Below the pieces are notes generated by a model that was not told the DNA's origin, ran no database searches, and worked only from the letters and a program-made list of their open reading frames with translations. This document shows positions 10,421 to 19,467 of a stretch of DNA of 64,000 nt, one piece after another (within the stretch, counting starts at the first letter, position 1; the number at the start of each line of letters is the position of its first letter). The position numbers and the translations under genes were made by a program. The stretch comes from Solirubrobacterales bacterium (GTDB taxonomy: Bacteria; Actinomycetota; Thermoleophilia; Solirubrobacterales; JACPNS01), in NCBI GenBank assembly GCA_016185345.1, contig JACPNS010000002.1, forward strand, positions 2,149-66,148, given 5' to 3'.

Positions 10421-10569
10421 TGAATAATCCGCTCAGTGCTGCCAGAAACAGCTTTGTTATGGGCTATTTGCCCTGATACCGTTCCGCGCGCGCTGACGCA
10501 GAAAGACATACTACGAATCGCGTTTCGCATACCGCATTTGCGTATCACCCAATTGGAGCACTTCCCACG

Positions 10570-11718
10570 ATGGATCTTCTCGAGTATCAAGGCAAAATTC
10601 TCTTTGGCAGGCATGGCCTCGCGGTCTCTGACGGAAAGGCTGTGACGACCGTCGAAGACGCGCTCGCCGCAGCGGATGAAGTTGGTTACCCCGTGATGGT
10701 CAAGTCCCAGGTTCTTATGGGCGGCCGCGGCAAGGCCGGCGGCGTCAAGTTCGCTCCCGACCGCGAGGCCGCGACCGAGCACGCGAACAACATCCTCGGC
10801 CTCGACATCAAGGGCCACGTCACGCGCACGATCTGGATCGAGCACGCCTCAGACATCGAGACCGAGTACTACGCCTCGGTTCTGCTTGACCGTTCGGCGA
10901 AGAAGCCGCTCGTCATGTTCTCCACCGAAGGCGGCATGGACATCGAGGAAGTCGCAGAGAACACCCCGGAGAAGCTGATCAAGCACCACGTCGATCCGCT
11001 CGAGGGGCTCTCTAAAGAAGAGGCCGTGAAGATTGCGACCGATGGTGGCGCTGACGCTGACGTGATCGAAGGCGTCGCCGATGCTCTCGTCGCGCTTTAC
11101 AAAGTGTGGATCGAAGAAGACGCCACGCTCGCCGAGATCAACCCGCTGATCATCACGCCCAGTCGTGAGGTCAAGGCTCTGGACGCGAAGGTCACGCTCG
11201 ACGGCAACGCCGACTTCCGCCACCCCGACCGCGAAGGCCTCGGCGACACCGCCAACGCCGATCCGATCGAGGTCAAGGCGAAGGAGCAGGGCGTCGTGTA
11301 CATCAAGCTCGACGGCAACATCGGCATCCTCGGCAACGGCGCAGGGCTCGTCATGAGCACGCTCGACGTTGTCGCCCAGCACGGCGGCAAGCCTGCCAAC
11401 TTCCTCGACGCAGGCGGAGGATCCGACGCCGCCAAGGTCAAGCAGGCCGTTGAGCTGATCCTCAGCAACCCGGATGTAAAGGCAGTCCTGTTCAACATCT
11501 TCGGCGGCATCACACGCTGCGACGAAGTTGCCAACGGTCTGATCGCAGCGTTCGAAGACCTCAAGCCGTCCATTCCGTTCGTTGTGCGCCTCGACGGCAC
11601 CAACGACGTCAAGGGTCGCGAAATTCTCGAAGCCGCGGCGCTGCCCAACGTGCACCCCGCGAAGACGATGGACGAAGCTGCGGCCCTGGTCGCCGAGCTC
11701 GCCAACAAGGAGAGCTAG
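10570..11718 (+). CDS. sucC: succinyl-CoA synthetase beta subunit
   Basis: MDLLEYQGKILFGRHGL..., ATP-grasp region. Immediately followed by sucD. Confidence 0.95.
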   Translation: MDLLEYQGKILFGRHGLAVSDGKAVTTVEDALAAADEVGYPVMVKSQVLMGGRGKAGGVKFAPDREAATEHANNILGLDIKGHVTRTIWIEHASDIETEYYASVLLDRSAKKPLVMFSTEGGMDIEEVAENTPEKLIKHHVDPLEGLSKEEAVKIATDGGADADVIEGVADALVALYKVWIEEDATLAEINPLIITPSREVKALDAKVTLDGNADFRHPDREGLGDTANADPIEVKAKEQGVVYIKLDGNIGILGNGAGLVMSTLDVVAQHGGKPANFLDAGGGSDAAKVKQAVELILSNPDVKAVLFNIFGGITRCDEVANGLIAAFEDLKPSIPFVVRLDGTNDVKGREILEAAALPNVHPAKTMDEAAALVAELANKES

Positions 11719-11720
11719 AC

Positions 11721-12605
11721 ATGTCAATCCTCGTGAACAAGGACACGCGCCTCGCAGTCGCCGGAATCACCGGCCGCGAAGGTTCGTTCCACACCCTGAA
11801 CAACCGCGCATACGGCACCAACGTCGTCGGCGGAATCAACCCGAAGAAGGCCGGCGAGAACGTCGAAGGCATTCCCGTCTTCGCCAACTGGGCCGACACC
11901 GTCGCCGAGACCCAGGCCAACACGGCGATGATTTTTGTACCACCGCCGTTCGCCGCCGCCTCAGCGCTTGAAGCAGCCCAGGCTGGGGTCGAAGTTGTGG
12001 TCATCATCACGGAAGGAATTCCGGCACACGACGAGCTCAAGCTCTACAACCAGGTCAAGCGCGACCACCCGAAGACTCGTTTGATTGGACCCAATTGCCC
12101 AGGGATCCTCTCGCCGGGCGAGGCGAACGTAGGGATCATCCCGGCGTCGTTCTTCAAGCCGGGCAACGTCGGAGTTGTCTCGCGCTCAGGCACGCTGACT
12201 TACCAAATCGGAAACGAGCTGGCCCAGAAGGGCTTCGGCAACTCGTCGATCGTCGGCATTGGCGGCGACCCGGTTCCGGGAAGCTCATTCGTGGACATCA
12301 TCGAGCTCTTCGAGCAGGATGACCAGACCGAACTGATCGTGATGAGCGGTGAGATCGGTGGATCGGCCGAGGAAGAGGCCGCTGAGTACGTCAAGAACCA
12401 CGTGAGCAAGCCGGTCGTCGGCTACATCGCGGGGTTCACTGCGCCTGAGGGCAAGCAGATGGGCCACGCCGGTGCGATCGTTTCTGGCTCTGCCGGCACC
12501 GCCAAGGCCAAGGCCGAGGCGCTTGAGGCCGCGGGCATTCGTGTTGGTCGCACTCCGACTCAGACTGCTGAAATTGCGATGGAACTGATCGGCGCGCCTG
12601 CCTGA
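11721..12605 (+). CDS. sucD: succinyl-CoA synthetase alpha subunit
   Basis: GITGREGSFHT, SRSGTLTYQ, phosphohistidine region MGHAGAIVSG. Confidence 0.95.
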   Translation: MSILVNKDTRLAVAGITGREGSFHTLNNRAYGTNVVGGINPKKAGENVEGIPVFANWADTVAETQANTAMIFVPPPFAAASALEAAQAGVEVVVIITEGIPAHDELKLYNQVKRDHPKTRLIGPNCPGILSPGEANVGIIPASFFKPGNVGVVSRSGTLTYQIGNELAQKGFGNSSIVGIGGDPVPGSSFVDIIELFEQDDQTELIVMSGEIGGSAEEEAAEYVKNHVSKPVVGYIAGFTAPEGKQMGHAGAIVSGSAGTAKAKAEALEAAGIRVGRTPTQTAEIAMELIGAPA

Positions 12606-12631
12606 TCAGCATTATCGATCCTTCTCATCCA

Positions 12632-12667
12632 AGCCCCGGGCGCCAGCTGGCACCCGGGGCTTTTTTT
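12632..12667 (+). terminator. intrinsic terminator of sucCD
   Basis: AGCCCCGGG-N12-CCCGGGGCT stem followed by T7 (12661-12667), 27 nt after the sucD stop. Confidence 0.7.
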
Positions 12668-12670
12668 GGT

Positions 12671-12699
12671 TTGCTGCTTCTGGCTAAGTTGGCTAGAAT
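12671..12699 (+). promoter_or_regulatory. candidate promoter giving a leaderless antitoxin mRNA
   Basis: TTGCTG (12671-76), 17-nt spacer, TAGAAT (12694-99). The ATG at 12706 lies 7 nt after the -10, with no room for an SD. Confidence 0.4.
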
Positions 12700-12705
12700 A
12701 GGTGG

Positions 12706-12963
12706 ATGCAGTACAACGTTCTGGATGCACGCAACCAGTTTTCGAGGCTGATCGAAGCTGCCGAGGCAGGAGAAGAAGTCGTAATCGCGCGGCGCGGAAA
12801 GCCCGTGCTGAAATTCGTGCTCATCGATGATGAGGCACCACTCGGCTCCCCCGCCCGGGTTGCTCAGGCGCTCGCAAAGCTGTCGCCGACGACTCCAAGC
12901 ACCTTCAACGAAATTGAGGCCGAGATTCGCGACGCCAAGTCGGGATGGAGCGACGATCATTGA
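12706..12963 (+). CDS. type II antitoxin, Phd/YefM family
   Basis: MQYNVLDARNQFSRLIEAAEAGEEVVIARRGKPV is a typical Phd/YefM N-terminus. Overlaps the downstream PIN gene. Confidence 0.8.
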   Translation: MQYNVLDARNQFSRLIEAAEAGEEVVIARRGKPVLKFVLIDDEAPLGSPARVAQALAKLSPTTPSTFNEIEAEIRDAKSGWSDDH

Positions 12964-13358
12964 GCACGTACCTCGACAGCTCCGTCGTGATTCACGCTAC
13001 TGCCGAGTCAGACTTCGGAGCTCGACTTCGGGCCGCGATCGACTCCGCTGACCCGAGTGTGAACTTCTCGATCTCACCGTTGGTAAGGATGGAGTCGCTC
13101 GTCCGCCCGATTCGAGATCGAGACGAGAACTCGATCGCCAATCGCCTTCTCGTTCTCGAGAGCTGCACGTCGCTACCTATTCGCGAACACACCTACGAGT
13201 TGGCAACGCACATTCGGGCAATGCATGGGGTGGGAAGCGCCGACGCGATCCACCTTGCCACCGCGAGCCTGAGTGACTGCAGCGAACTCTGGACCAGTGA
13301 CAAGCAAATTGTCAACGCGGCGCCAAATTTCGCCGTGGATGTGACAGAGCGATTCTGA
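12945..13358 (+). CDS. vapC: type II toxin VapC (PIN-domain ribonuclease)
   Basis: PIN acidic residues in YLDSSV, RMES, SADAIHLA, WTSDK. Start is ATG 12945 or TTG 12960, which overlaps the antitoxin stop. Confidence 0.8.
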   Translation: MERRSLSTYLDSSVVIHATAESDFGARLRAAIDSADPSVNFSISPLVRMESLVRPIRDRDENSIANRLLVLESCTSLPIREHTYELATHIRAMHGVGSADAIHLATASLSDCSELWTSDKQIVNAAPNFAVDVTERF

Positions 13359-13900
13359 GACCACGCGCCCACTTCTACGGCGACAGCTTCGTCGCGGGCT
13401 ACCTCGACTCAACCGGACTTGGCTGGGTCGGGCGGCTTGCTGCTCGATGCCACGGAATTGATTTCGCGAACCACGGTGTACCGGGCGCCACCTCTGAAGC
13501 GTGTGTGCACCAGTGGGAGAAGTCCGGGATCGATCCACGACGGAACGAATCCGTCGTCTTCTCCTTTGGCACCAATGACCTGATCTACGGAGTGCCGATC
13601 GAGAACTCGCTCGCCGCGCTGACGCTCGCGCTCGATCGAGCAGAAGCACTCGCCGTTCCGGCTTGGGTGACCGGACCACCGGATGCGCCGCAGATTGCGG
13701 ATTCCTACGCCGGTATCTGCGCCGCGCGTGACGTCCCCTTCTTTGACACCGTCACGCCGCTGGGCCCCGGCTCAACCTGGCGCGCCGAAGCCGAGGCCGG
13801 CGACGGCTCTCACCCAGGCGCCGGAGGCTACGCCGAGCTGGCCGATCTGCTCGAAGAAGCCGGCTTGGTCGAGTGGCTGACGAAAATGTCATCTCGATAA
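13352..13900 (+). CDS. SGNH/GDSL hydrolase with no canonical start codon
   Basis: Frame is open from 13301. Block I FYGDSFVAGY at 13373-13402, block III FSFGTNDL, block V DGSHPG. There is no ATG/GTG/TTG between 13301 and 13505. The only candidates are ATT 13352 or CTG 13355, overlapping the vapC stop. Confidence 0.55.
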   Translation: MLRPRAHFYGDSFVAGYLDSTGLGWVGRLAARCHGIDFANHGVPGATSEACVHQWEKSGIDPRRNESVVFSFGTNDLIYGVPIENSLAALTLALDRAEALAVPAWVTGPPDAPQIADSYAGICAARDVPFFDTVTPLGPGSTWRAEAEAGDGSHPGAGGYAELADLLEEAGLVEWLTKMSSR

Positions 13901-13910
13901 CCTGACGCTC

Positions 13911-15002
13911 ATGACTGTTGACGTGAAAACCATCTCTTTTGCCCGCGGCGCGCCGTCCCTCGACCTGATCCCTGTGGACGGCCTCAAGGAATCTGCGCAG
14001 AACGCATTCACCAACGACCCGGCCGGAGCTTTCGGCTACGGAACCGCCGTCGGCTACCAGCCGCTGCGCGAATGGATCGCCGAGAAGGAGGGCGTTGAGG
14101 TTGACCGCGTGATCGTCACGAACGGCTCACTCCACGCCTGCGCGCTGATGTTCGATCAGCTTGTTGCGCCGAGCGACAAGGTCGCGATCGAGCAGCCGCT
14201 CTACGACCGTTCGCTCTTGATGCTGCGCCAGCGCGGCGCCGACCTCGTCGGCTACGCACTGCAGGAAGACGGCTTCGACCTCGACGCGCTTGAAACCGAC
14301 CTCGCCGCCGGAATGAACCTGCGCTTCGTCTACACGATCCCGCACTTCCACAATCCGGGCGGCTGCACGATGCCGCTCGAGAAGCGTCAGCGTCTCCTGG
14401 ACCTCGCAAACCAGTACGACTTCTTGATAGTCGAGGACGACCCGTACCGCGACATCGTTTTCAATGGCACATCGCTGCCGTCGATCCTCTCGCTCGATGA
14501 GTCGCAGGAGCGCGTCGCATTCATGAACTCCTTCACCAAGCAGGTCTGCCCCGGACTGCGTATCGGCTACGCGATCGGTCCGAAGTCACTGATCAAGGAC
14601 ATGGTCACGGCCGGTACCAACACCTACATTTCGCCCGGTCAGGCGTCTGAGGCGATCCTCAACGACTATGTCCGCGCGGGCAAGCTCGACAAATCGATCG
14701 AGGTTGTGCGCAGCGCTTTGAGCGAGCGTCGCACCGCGATGGTCGAGGCTATCCGCGAGTACCTTCCGCAGGCATCGGTCGTCGTTCCGCAGGGCGGCTA
14801 CTTCATGTGGGTAGACCTCGGCGAGGGCGTTGACACCGATGAGATCGCAGTCAAGGCCGCCGAGCTCGGCGTGCCGATCACAAAGGGCAGCGACTTCATG
14901 ATCGAGGGCGGTCAGAACGCCATGCGCCTGGCCTACAGCGCGGTGCACCCTGATGAGATTCGCGAGGGCGTTGAACGCCTCGCCGGAATCATCAAAGGCT
15001 GA
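13911..15002 (+). CDS. PLP-dependent aminotransferase (class I/II fold)
   Basis: 363 aa. PLP-lysine context NSFTKQVCPGLRIGY. YTIPHFHNPGG. Confidence 0.8.
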   Translation: MTVDVKTISFARGAPSLDLIPVDGLKESAQNAFTNDPAGAFGYGTAVGYQPLREWIAEKEGVEVDRVIVTNGSLHACALMFDQLVAPSDKVAIEQPLYDRSLLMLRQRGADLVGYALQEDGFDLDALETDLAAGMNLRFVYTIPHFHNPGGCTMPLEKRQRLLDLANQYDFLIVEDDPYRDIVFNGTSLPSILSLDESQERVAFMNSFTKQVCPGLRIGYAIGPKSLIKDMVTAGTNTYISPGQASEAILNDYVRAGKLDKSIEVVRSALSERRTAMVEAIREYLPQASVVVPQGGYFMWVDLGEGVDTDEIAVKAAELGVPITKGSDFMIEGGQNAMRLAYSAVHPDEIREGVERLAGIIKG

Positions 15003-15014
15003 CGGCGGGCCGCA

Positions 15015-16166
15015 TCAGTGGCGCTGCTTGGCCTCTGCTCGCGTGCCGAGTTCACGTGCGCGGTAGATCGAGACCGGCTGGGAGATCCCCTTGAAGCGGC
15101 GGCGGCCGACGTTGCTCCAGTCGTACTCGTCGGCGAGGTCGTCGTGGACTTCTGCGGTCGTGAGCACGGCGCCTGGCCTGGCTACATCGCTCAGGCGGCT
15201 GGCAAGGTTGACCGGCGGGCCATAGACGTCTCCTGATCGATCGAGGGCTTCGCCGAAGGCCAGCCCCACCGAGAGTTGCGGAAAGTCGTCGGCCTCCCGC
15301 TCGACAGCCGCCATCAGCGCAAGGGCGGTGTCCATCAGCACCCGCGGCTCAGGGGCGATCAGCATCACGGCGTCGCCGATCGACTTGATCAAACGCACCG
15401 GCGGCTCGACCAGCTCGGATGCCAGCCCGCTGAGGCGCTCTGCGATCGCGCCCAGCTCTTCGGCCGCGATCTGTTCACCGAGCGATGTGAAGCCGACGAG
15501 GTCTGCGAAGCAGACTGCAATCGGGCGAGTGTCCGAAAGAAAGTCGATCGCCGCTTCGTTGCCGAGGATGTCGGCGCGCATCTGGTCGCGCAGATGCAGG
15601 TTGAAGAGATGCTGGAGGACGAAGGCGAACTCGGGAGTGGTCGCCCGAGTGATCGCGGCGTAACGCTTGGCCATCTCGGCCTCGTCGAGATTCGGATCGA
15701 GATACGTGGCAAGGAACTGGCGCTCAACCACGGCAGCAAGCTGGGAGAGGGACGCGCCGAGCACGCGGTTGATGCCGCGGATGCTCTCAATCGAGAAGCC
15801 CATCTCGATATTGGCGCGGACCGACTTCATGGTCTTGACGTCGAGATCGCTGTAGGAGCGCTGCTCGACGTCCGGGTCCGCGAGACCGAGTGACTTGCGC
15901 AGCTCAAGGAAAAGCTGCAGGTCCACGCCAGCGAGCTCGGCGACTTCTGCGGCGTTGTACTTGGGCACGCCGCCGAGCGCGCGCTCGACAGGCAACAGGA
16001 ATAGGCGCTGTTCCTGGTGTGCGAGCAGGAGCTCGTCTGGCTCGACGTTCTCTTCGTCGATCAGATAATCGAGCAGGCGAACGCGGGCGTCGCGGCCCGA
16101 ATCGTCCGAGACGTCACCAAGCAGACCCGCCGCCTCGTAGTCGAAGTCGGGGTGACGCTTGCTCAA
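15015..16166 (-). CDS. class III adenylate/guanylate cyclase with N-terminal regulatory region
   Basis: Cyclase motifs IAVCFADLVGFTSLGE, IKSIGDAVMLI, GPPVNLASRL. Confidence 0.75.
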   Translation of the reverse strand: MSKRHPDFDYEAAGLLGDVSDDSGRDARVRLLDYLIDEENVEPDELLLAHQEQRLFLLPVERALGGVPKYNAAEVAELAGVDLQLFLELRKSLGLADPDVEQRSYSDLDVKTMKSVRANIEMGFSIESIRGINRVLGASLSQLAAVVERQFLATYLDPNLDEAEMAKRYAAITRATTPEFAFVLQHLFNLHLRDQMRADILGNEAAIDFLSDTRPIAVCFADLVGFTSLGEQIAAEELGAIAERLSGLASELVEPPVRLIKSIGDAVMLIAPEPRVLMDTALALMAAVEREADDFPQLSVGLAFGEALDRSGDVYGPPVNLASRLSDVARPGAVLTTAEVHDDLADEYDWSNVGRRRFKGISQPVSIYRARELGTRAEAKQRH

Positions 16167-16172
16167 GGGTGG

Positions 16173-16886
16173 CTAACGGCCGTAGCGTTCTTTGGCGAGC
16201 ACGAGCTGCTCGGGAAGGGCGGTGCGCGGTGGCGGCGAGGGCTCGGCGAGCACCGAAACGGTCTCGCCCGACGAGCGCGAGAGCGTGTGCTCGCCATCGT
16301 CTGACTTGTAGGTGACCTCTTCATCGTCGACCGAGACGATCTCGCCTGCCTGGCCGGGCTCGACGCCCGATGCCTTCAAGTAGTGCAGTAGATCCTCGGC
16401 CTCGTTCTCGAAGCGCAGGATCGTGATCTTTGCGCCAACTTCGCAGTCGGACAGCGGCACGCCCATGATGCGGTCGGCCGGGTCGATCGGGTGACCGTGC
16501 GGGCAGGTTTTGGCGTTACCGATCGCAGCGAGCATCTTTTCTTCCATCAGCGGAGACATCGCGTGCTCCATCAACTCGGCCTGCTCGTGCACGTCATCCC
16601 ATGGGATGTCGAGGACGTCCGTGAGGAAGCGCTCGATCAGGCGGTGGCGACGGACGATCTGCTCGGCCTGCTCGGCGCCGTGGTTGGTGAACTCCCACGA
16701 CTTGTCCGGGAGGCGGTGCACGTAGCCGTCGGCCTCCAGGCGAGAAACCATTTCGTGGACGGTCGGGGCAGACAGCTGCATCGCGCGGGCGATGTTCGCG
16801 CCGGTGATTGGGAGTTCTACCTCCTGAAGCCAGAAAATCGTCTGGAGATACTCCTCTTCGGCAACTGTGGCGTGGTCGTGCGACAT
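16173..16886 (-). CDS. DtxR/IdeR/MntR-family metal-dependent regulator with C-terminal FeoA/SH3-like domain
   Basis: I place the start at ATG 16886 (MSHDHATVAEEEYLQTIFWL). HTH ANIARAMQLSAPTVHEMVSRLE. Metal-site HAMSP, CPHGHP. The track ORF extends upstream into the neighbouring gene. Confidence 0.85.
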   Translation of the reverse strand: MSHDHATVAEEEYLQTIFWLQEVELPITGANIARAMQLSAPTVHEMVSRLEADGYVHRLPDKSWEFTNHGAEQAEQIVRRHRLIERFLTDVLDIPWDDVHEQAELMEHAMSPLMEEKMLAAIGNAKTCPHGHPIDPADRIMGVPLSDCEVGAKITILRFENEAEDLLHYLKASGVEPGQAGEIVSVDDEEVTYKSDDGEHTLSRSSGETVSVLAEPSPPPRTALPEQLVLAKERYGR

Positions 16887-16941
16887 CGGCCTGATCCTAC
16901 ACGTCCATTCCGAGCCGGGCGCGCGGTTACGCTGCCTGCCG

Positions 16942-17958
16942 ATGACGACGCAAAATCGACCTGTGCTGGTTGCGCCGGACAAGTTCAAGGGCACGCTCAC
17001 GGCCGCCGAGGTCGCCGCGGCAGTTGCGAGCGGGCTCGCGTCCCAAGGCATTGCTTCAGACGTTTGCCGCATCGCCGACGGCGGCGAAGGAACGATCGAC
17101 GCAATACTCGAGTCGCGCGGAGGCGAGGTCGTCAGGTGCACCGCATCGGACGCACTCGGGCGGTCGATCGACGCGCGCTTTGCGCTGCTCGACGAAAATA
17201 CTGCGCTGGTGCAGTCGTCTGACGCGATCGGGTTGGAAATGATCCGTCAGACTGAACGCAATGCACTCACTGCGAGCTCTCACGGCGTCGGCGAGCTGAT
17301 TGCCGCTGCGGCGGCGAGCGGTGTACGCGAGGTACTCGTGGGCGTGGGCGGGACTGCCTCGACCGATGGCGGTGCCGGCGCGATCGACGCGCTCCACGAG
17401 AGCGGGCTGCTCGGCAAATACGGCCGATTGAAGAAGTGTCCGCGGATCACGGTGCTCTGTGACGTTCGCGCCGCATGGGAACAGGCCCCGACCGTCTTCG
17501 CGCCGCAGAAGGGCGCAAACAGGGCCGACGTCAAAACCCTGGCCGCTCGGCTTGAGCTGATGGCCGGGGAACTTCCGCAGGATCCCCGCGGAAAGCTCAT
17601 GACCGGTGCCGGCGGCGGATTGGCCGGCGGGCTCTGGGCGGCCGGCGGGGCTGAACTCAAATCCGGAGCCGGTTTCGTTCTTGACGCAGTTGGCTTCACT
17701 CCGCGAATGCTCGCCTCGCGAGCGGTGATCACTGGTGAAGGCGCGCTCGACCGGCAGACGTTGCTCGGCAAGGCCGTTGGCGAGGTGGCAACGCGCGCGC
17801 GCCAGGCGGGACTGCCCTGCCACGCCATCGTCGGACGAATGGAAATGACCGAATTCGATGCGCGCGTTCTGGACTTTGAGAGCATCGTGACCGCCGGCAA
17901 CGCTGCAGAAATCGCCGGCGCCGGCGAGCTCATGGTCGCCCGACTGCCAAAATTTTGA
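16942..17958 (+). CDS. glxK: glycerate kinase
   Basis: Start ATG 16942. VLVAPDKFKGTLTAAEVAAAV is a typical glycerate kinase N-terminus. Confidence 0.75.
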   Translation: MTTQNRPVLVAPDKFKGTLTAAEVAAAVASGLASQGIASDVCRIADGGEGTIDAILESRGGEVVRCTASDALGRSIDARFALLDENTALVQSSDAIGLEMIRQTERNALTASSHGVGELIAAAAASGVREVLVGVGGTASTDGGAGAIDALHESGLLGKYGRLKKCPRITVLCDVRAAWEQAPTVFAPQKGANRADVKTLAARLELMAGELPQDPRGKLMTGAGGGLAGGLWAAGGAELKSGAGFVLDAVGFTPRMLASRAVITGEGALDRQTLLGKAVGEVATRARQAGLPCHAIVGRMEMTEFDARVLDFESIVTAGNAAEIAGAGELMVARLPKF

Positions 17959-18143
17959 CCTGAACGCTGGCGGCACCACTACAAAACTGGACAAACGGGG
18001 TTTCACTACTAGTCTGTACTCAGTTGCTTGGAGTGTCCAAAGGGCACACAAATCCCGGAGATTTTTGCCCAAGAAGGGTAAACACGGACAAGCTGGTGCG
18101 ATCGAGCTCCCGGGAGCATCTTGATCGCAATAAAGACTGAAAT

Positions 18144-19331
18144 ATGACGAGCCTTCGAACCGAACATCGCCTCTGCGGCGACACTTTGCGCAAGCTGCAC
18201 CGCGCGGCGCTTCTGCTCGTCCCCGTTGCTCTGACCGCTGTTTTTGCTGGCCCGACGGCAGCTGCCAATACGGCCAGCGTCGCGATCGCATCGCCGCGCG
18301 CCAATCAGTCGGTCAAAGGTATGCTTCAGATTATGCCGCGCGTGAAGTCGAAGCGCGGACCTTTCACCGTGACGGTGAGGGTCGACGGCAAGTTCTACGA
18401 CAAGCAGCGCTCATCGACCAGACGTGACGCTCAGCGGGGCATCCCGATCGACACGACCGAGCTCAAAAATGGGCGCCACCAGCTGACGGTCACGGTCTAC
18501 GGCAAGGCCAAGCCCCGCCGCGCGTCGCAGACGCTGAAGTTCGTAGTCAGGAATTCCAAGCGCCGTCCGGCCGGTTCGGGTGAACGCGCGCCGTCCGGCA
18601 ACCTCAAGGACTTTCGACTCATAGTGGCTGAAGGCTTCGACCGCGACGCCCCGCCCGGCTCGATCCCCGACAACATCGAAGACCCGGAAACCCCGGTCTA
18701 CACCGGCTCGACCGGCACGCCATGGATGACGTACCCGTCGACCTTCCTGGATACTTTCCTCCGGAACCCGTACCGCCCGAAGGAAGTGCTGAGCGTGCAC
18801 GACAGCGTGCTCGATTTCTACCTCCACCCGGTGAACGGCAAAAACGCGGGTGCCAGCGTCTCGCCGATTCTTCCGAACGGCACGCAGTACCAGACATACG
18901 GGCGCTACTCGGTGCGCATGCGCATCGGAAACTCCCCGCTGAGCCAATACCACGTGGCCTTCCTGCTCTGGCCCTATGACAACAAGGACTACGAGGTCTC
19001 AGAGAGCGATTTTCCCGAGAATCAACTCGTGCGTGGCCGCACGCCCGCGACCGGCTACGCCCATTACGGCAAAGACAGCACCCAGGAATACATTTTCAGC
19101 AAGCCGGTGGATTTCCGTGATTGGCACACCTACACCCAGGAGTGGAAACCCGGCGAACGCCGCTTCTACCTTGACGGGAAGCTGGTCTACGTGACCAAGG
19201 CTCCGGTCTGGGGCGGGCCGATGCGTTGGCAGCTGCAGGTCCAGAGCTTCAAGAACGGCAAGCAACGCGGCCGTTTGTACATCGATTGGGCCGCCGTGTG
19301 GTCCTACGCGCCGGGCACAAAAGCCGGCTGA
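18144..19331 (+). CDS. secreted GH16/concanavalin-like glycoside hydrolase with N-terminal Ig-like domain (paralogue 1)
   Basis: Signal peptide. YGRYSVRMRIG, LLWPYDNKDYEVSESDFPE (ExDxxE-like catalytic strip). 395 aa. Confidence 0.55.
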   Translation: MTSLRTEHRLCGDTLRKLHRAALLLVPVALTAVFAGPTAAANTASVAIASPRANQSVKGMLQIMPRVKSKRGPFTVTVRVDGKFYDKQRSSTRRDAQRGIPIDTTELKNGRHQLTVTVYGKAKPRRASQTLKFVVRNSKRRPAGSGERAPSGNLKDFRLIVAEGFDRDAPPGSIPDNIEDPETPVYTGSTGTPWMTYPSTFLDTFLRNPYRPKEVLSVHDSVLDFYLHPVNGKNAGASVSPILPNGTQYQTYGRYSVRMRIGNSPLSQYHVAFLLWPYDNKDYEVSESDFPENQLVRGRTPATGYAHYGKDSTQEYIFSKPVDFRDWHTYTQEWKPGERRFYLDGKLVYVTKAPVWGGPMRWQLQVQSFKNGKQRGRLYIDWAAVWSYAPGTKAG

Positions 19332-19467
19332 ACGTATTTTTTCGCTCTGGGCCTGGACGCTCGGACGAAACGATCGTCTGCACTACAACGGATGTCCAGA
19401 ACATTCGTTGAGAAACCGTTGAGTTTTTCATGTCCGCTCTCCGAGCTGGCGAGTCCACAGGTAGCTC

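Noticed and set aside
10849-11727. 292-aa ORF antisense to sucC
   Set aside because: sucC is certain on the + strand. This is an antisense artefact.
12625-12960. 111-aa - strand ORF opposite the antitoxin gene and the sucD terminator
   Set aside because: It overlaps a clear Phd/YefM gene and includes the terminator stem-loop, so it is an antisense artefact.
17056-18291. 411-aa - strand ORF across the glycerate kinase gene and the downstream spacer
   Set aside because: Antisense to a well-supported gene. It runs through an AT-richer intergenic region, and no motif is present.
19399-19410. GAAC-ATTC-GTTG, a partial LexA-box-like sequence upstream of the second GH16-like gene
   Set aside because: One half-site is imperfect and the flanks do not extend the palindrome. 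This is likely chance, in contrast with the perfect 16-bp site at 45789.
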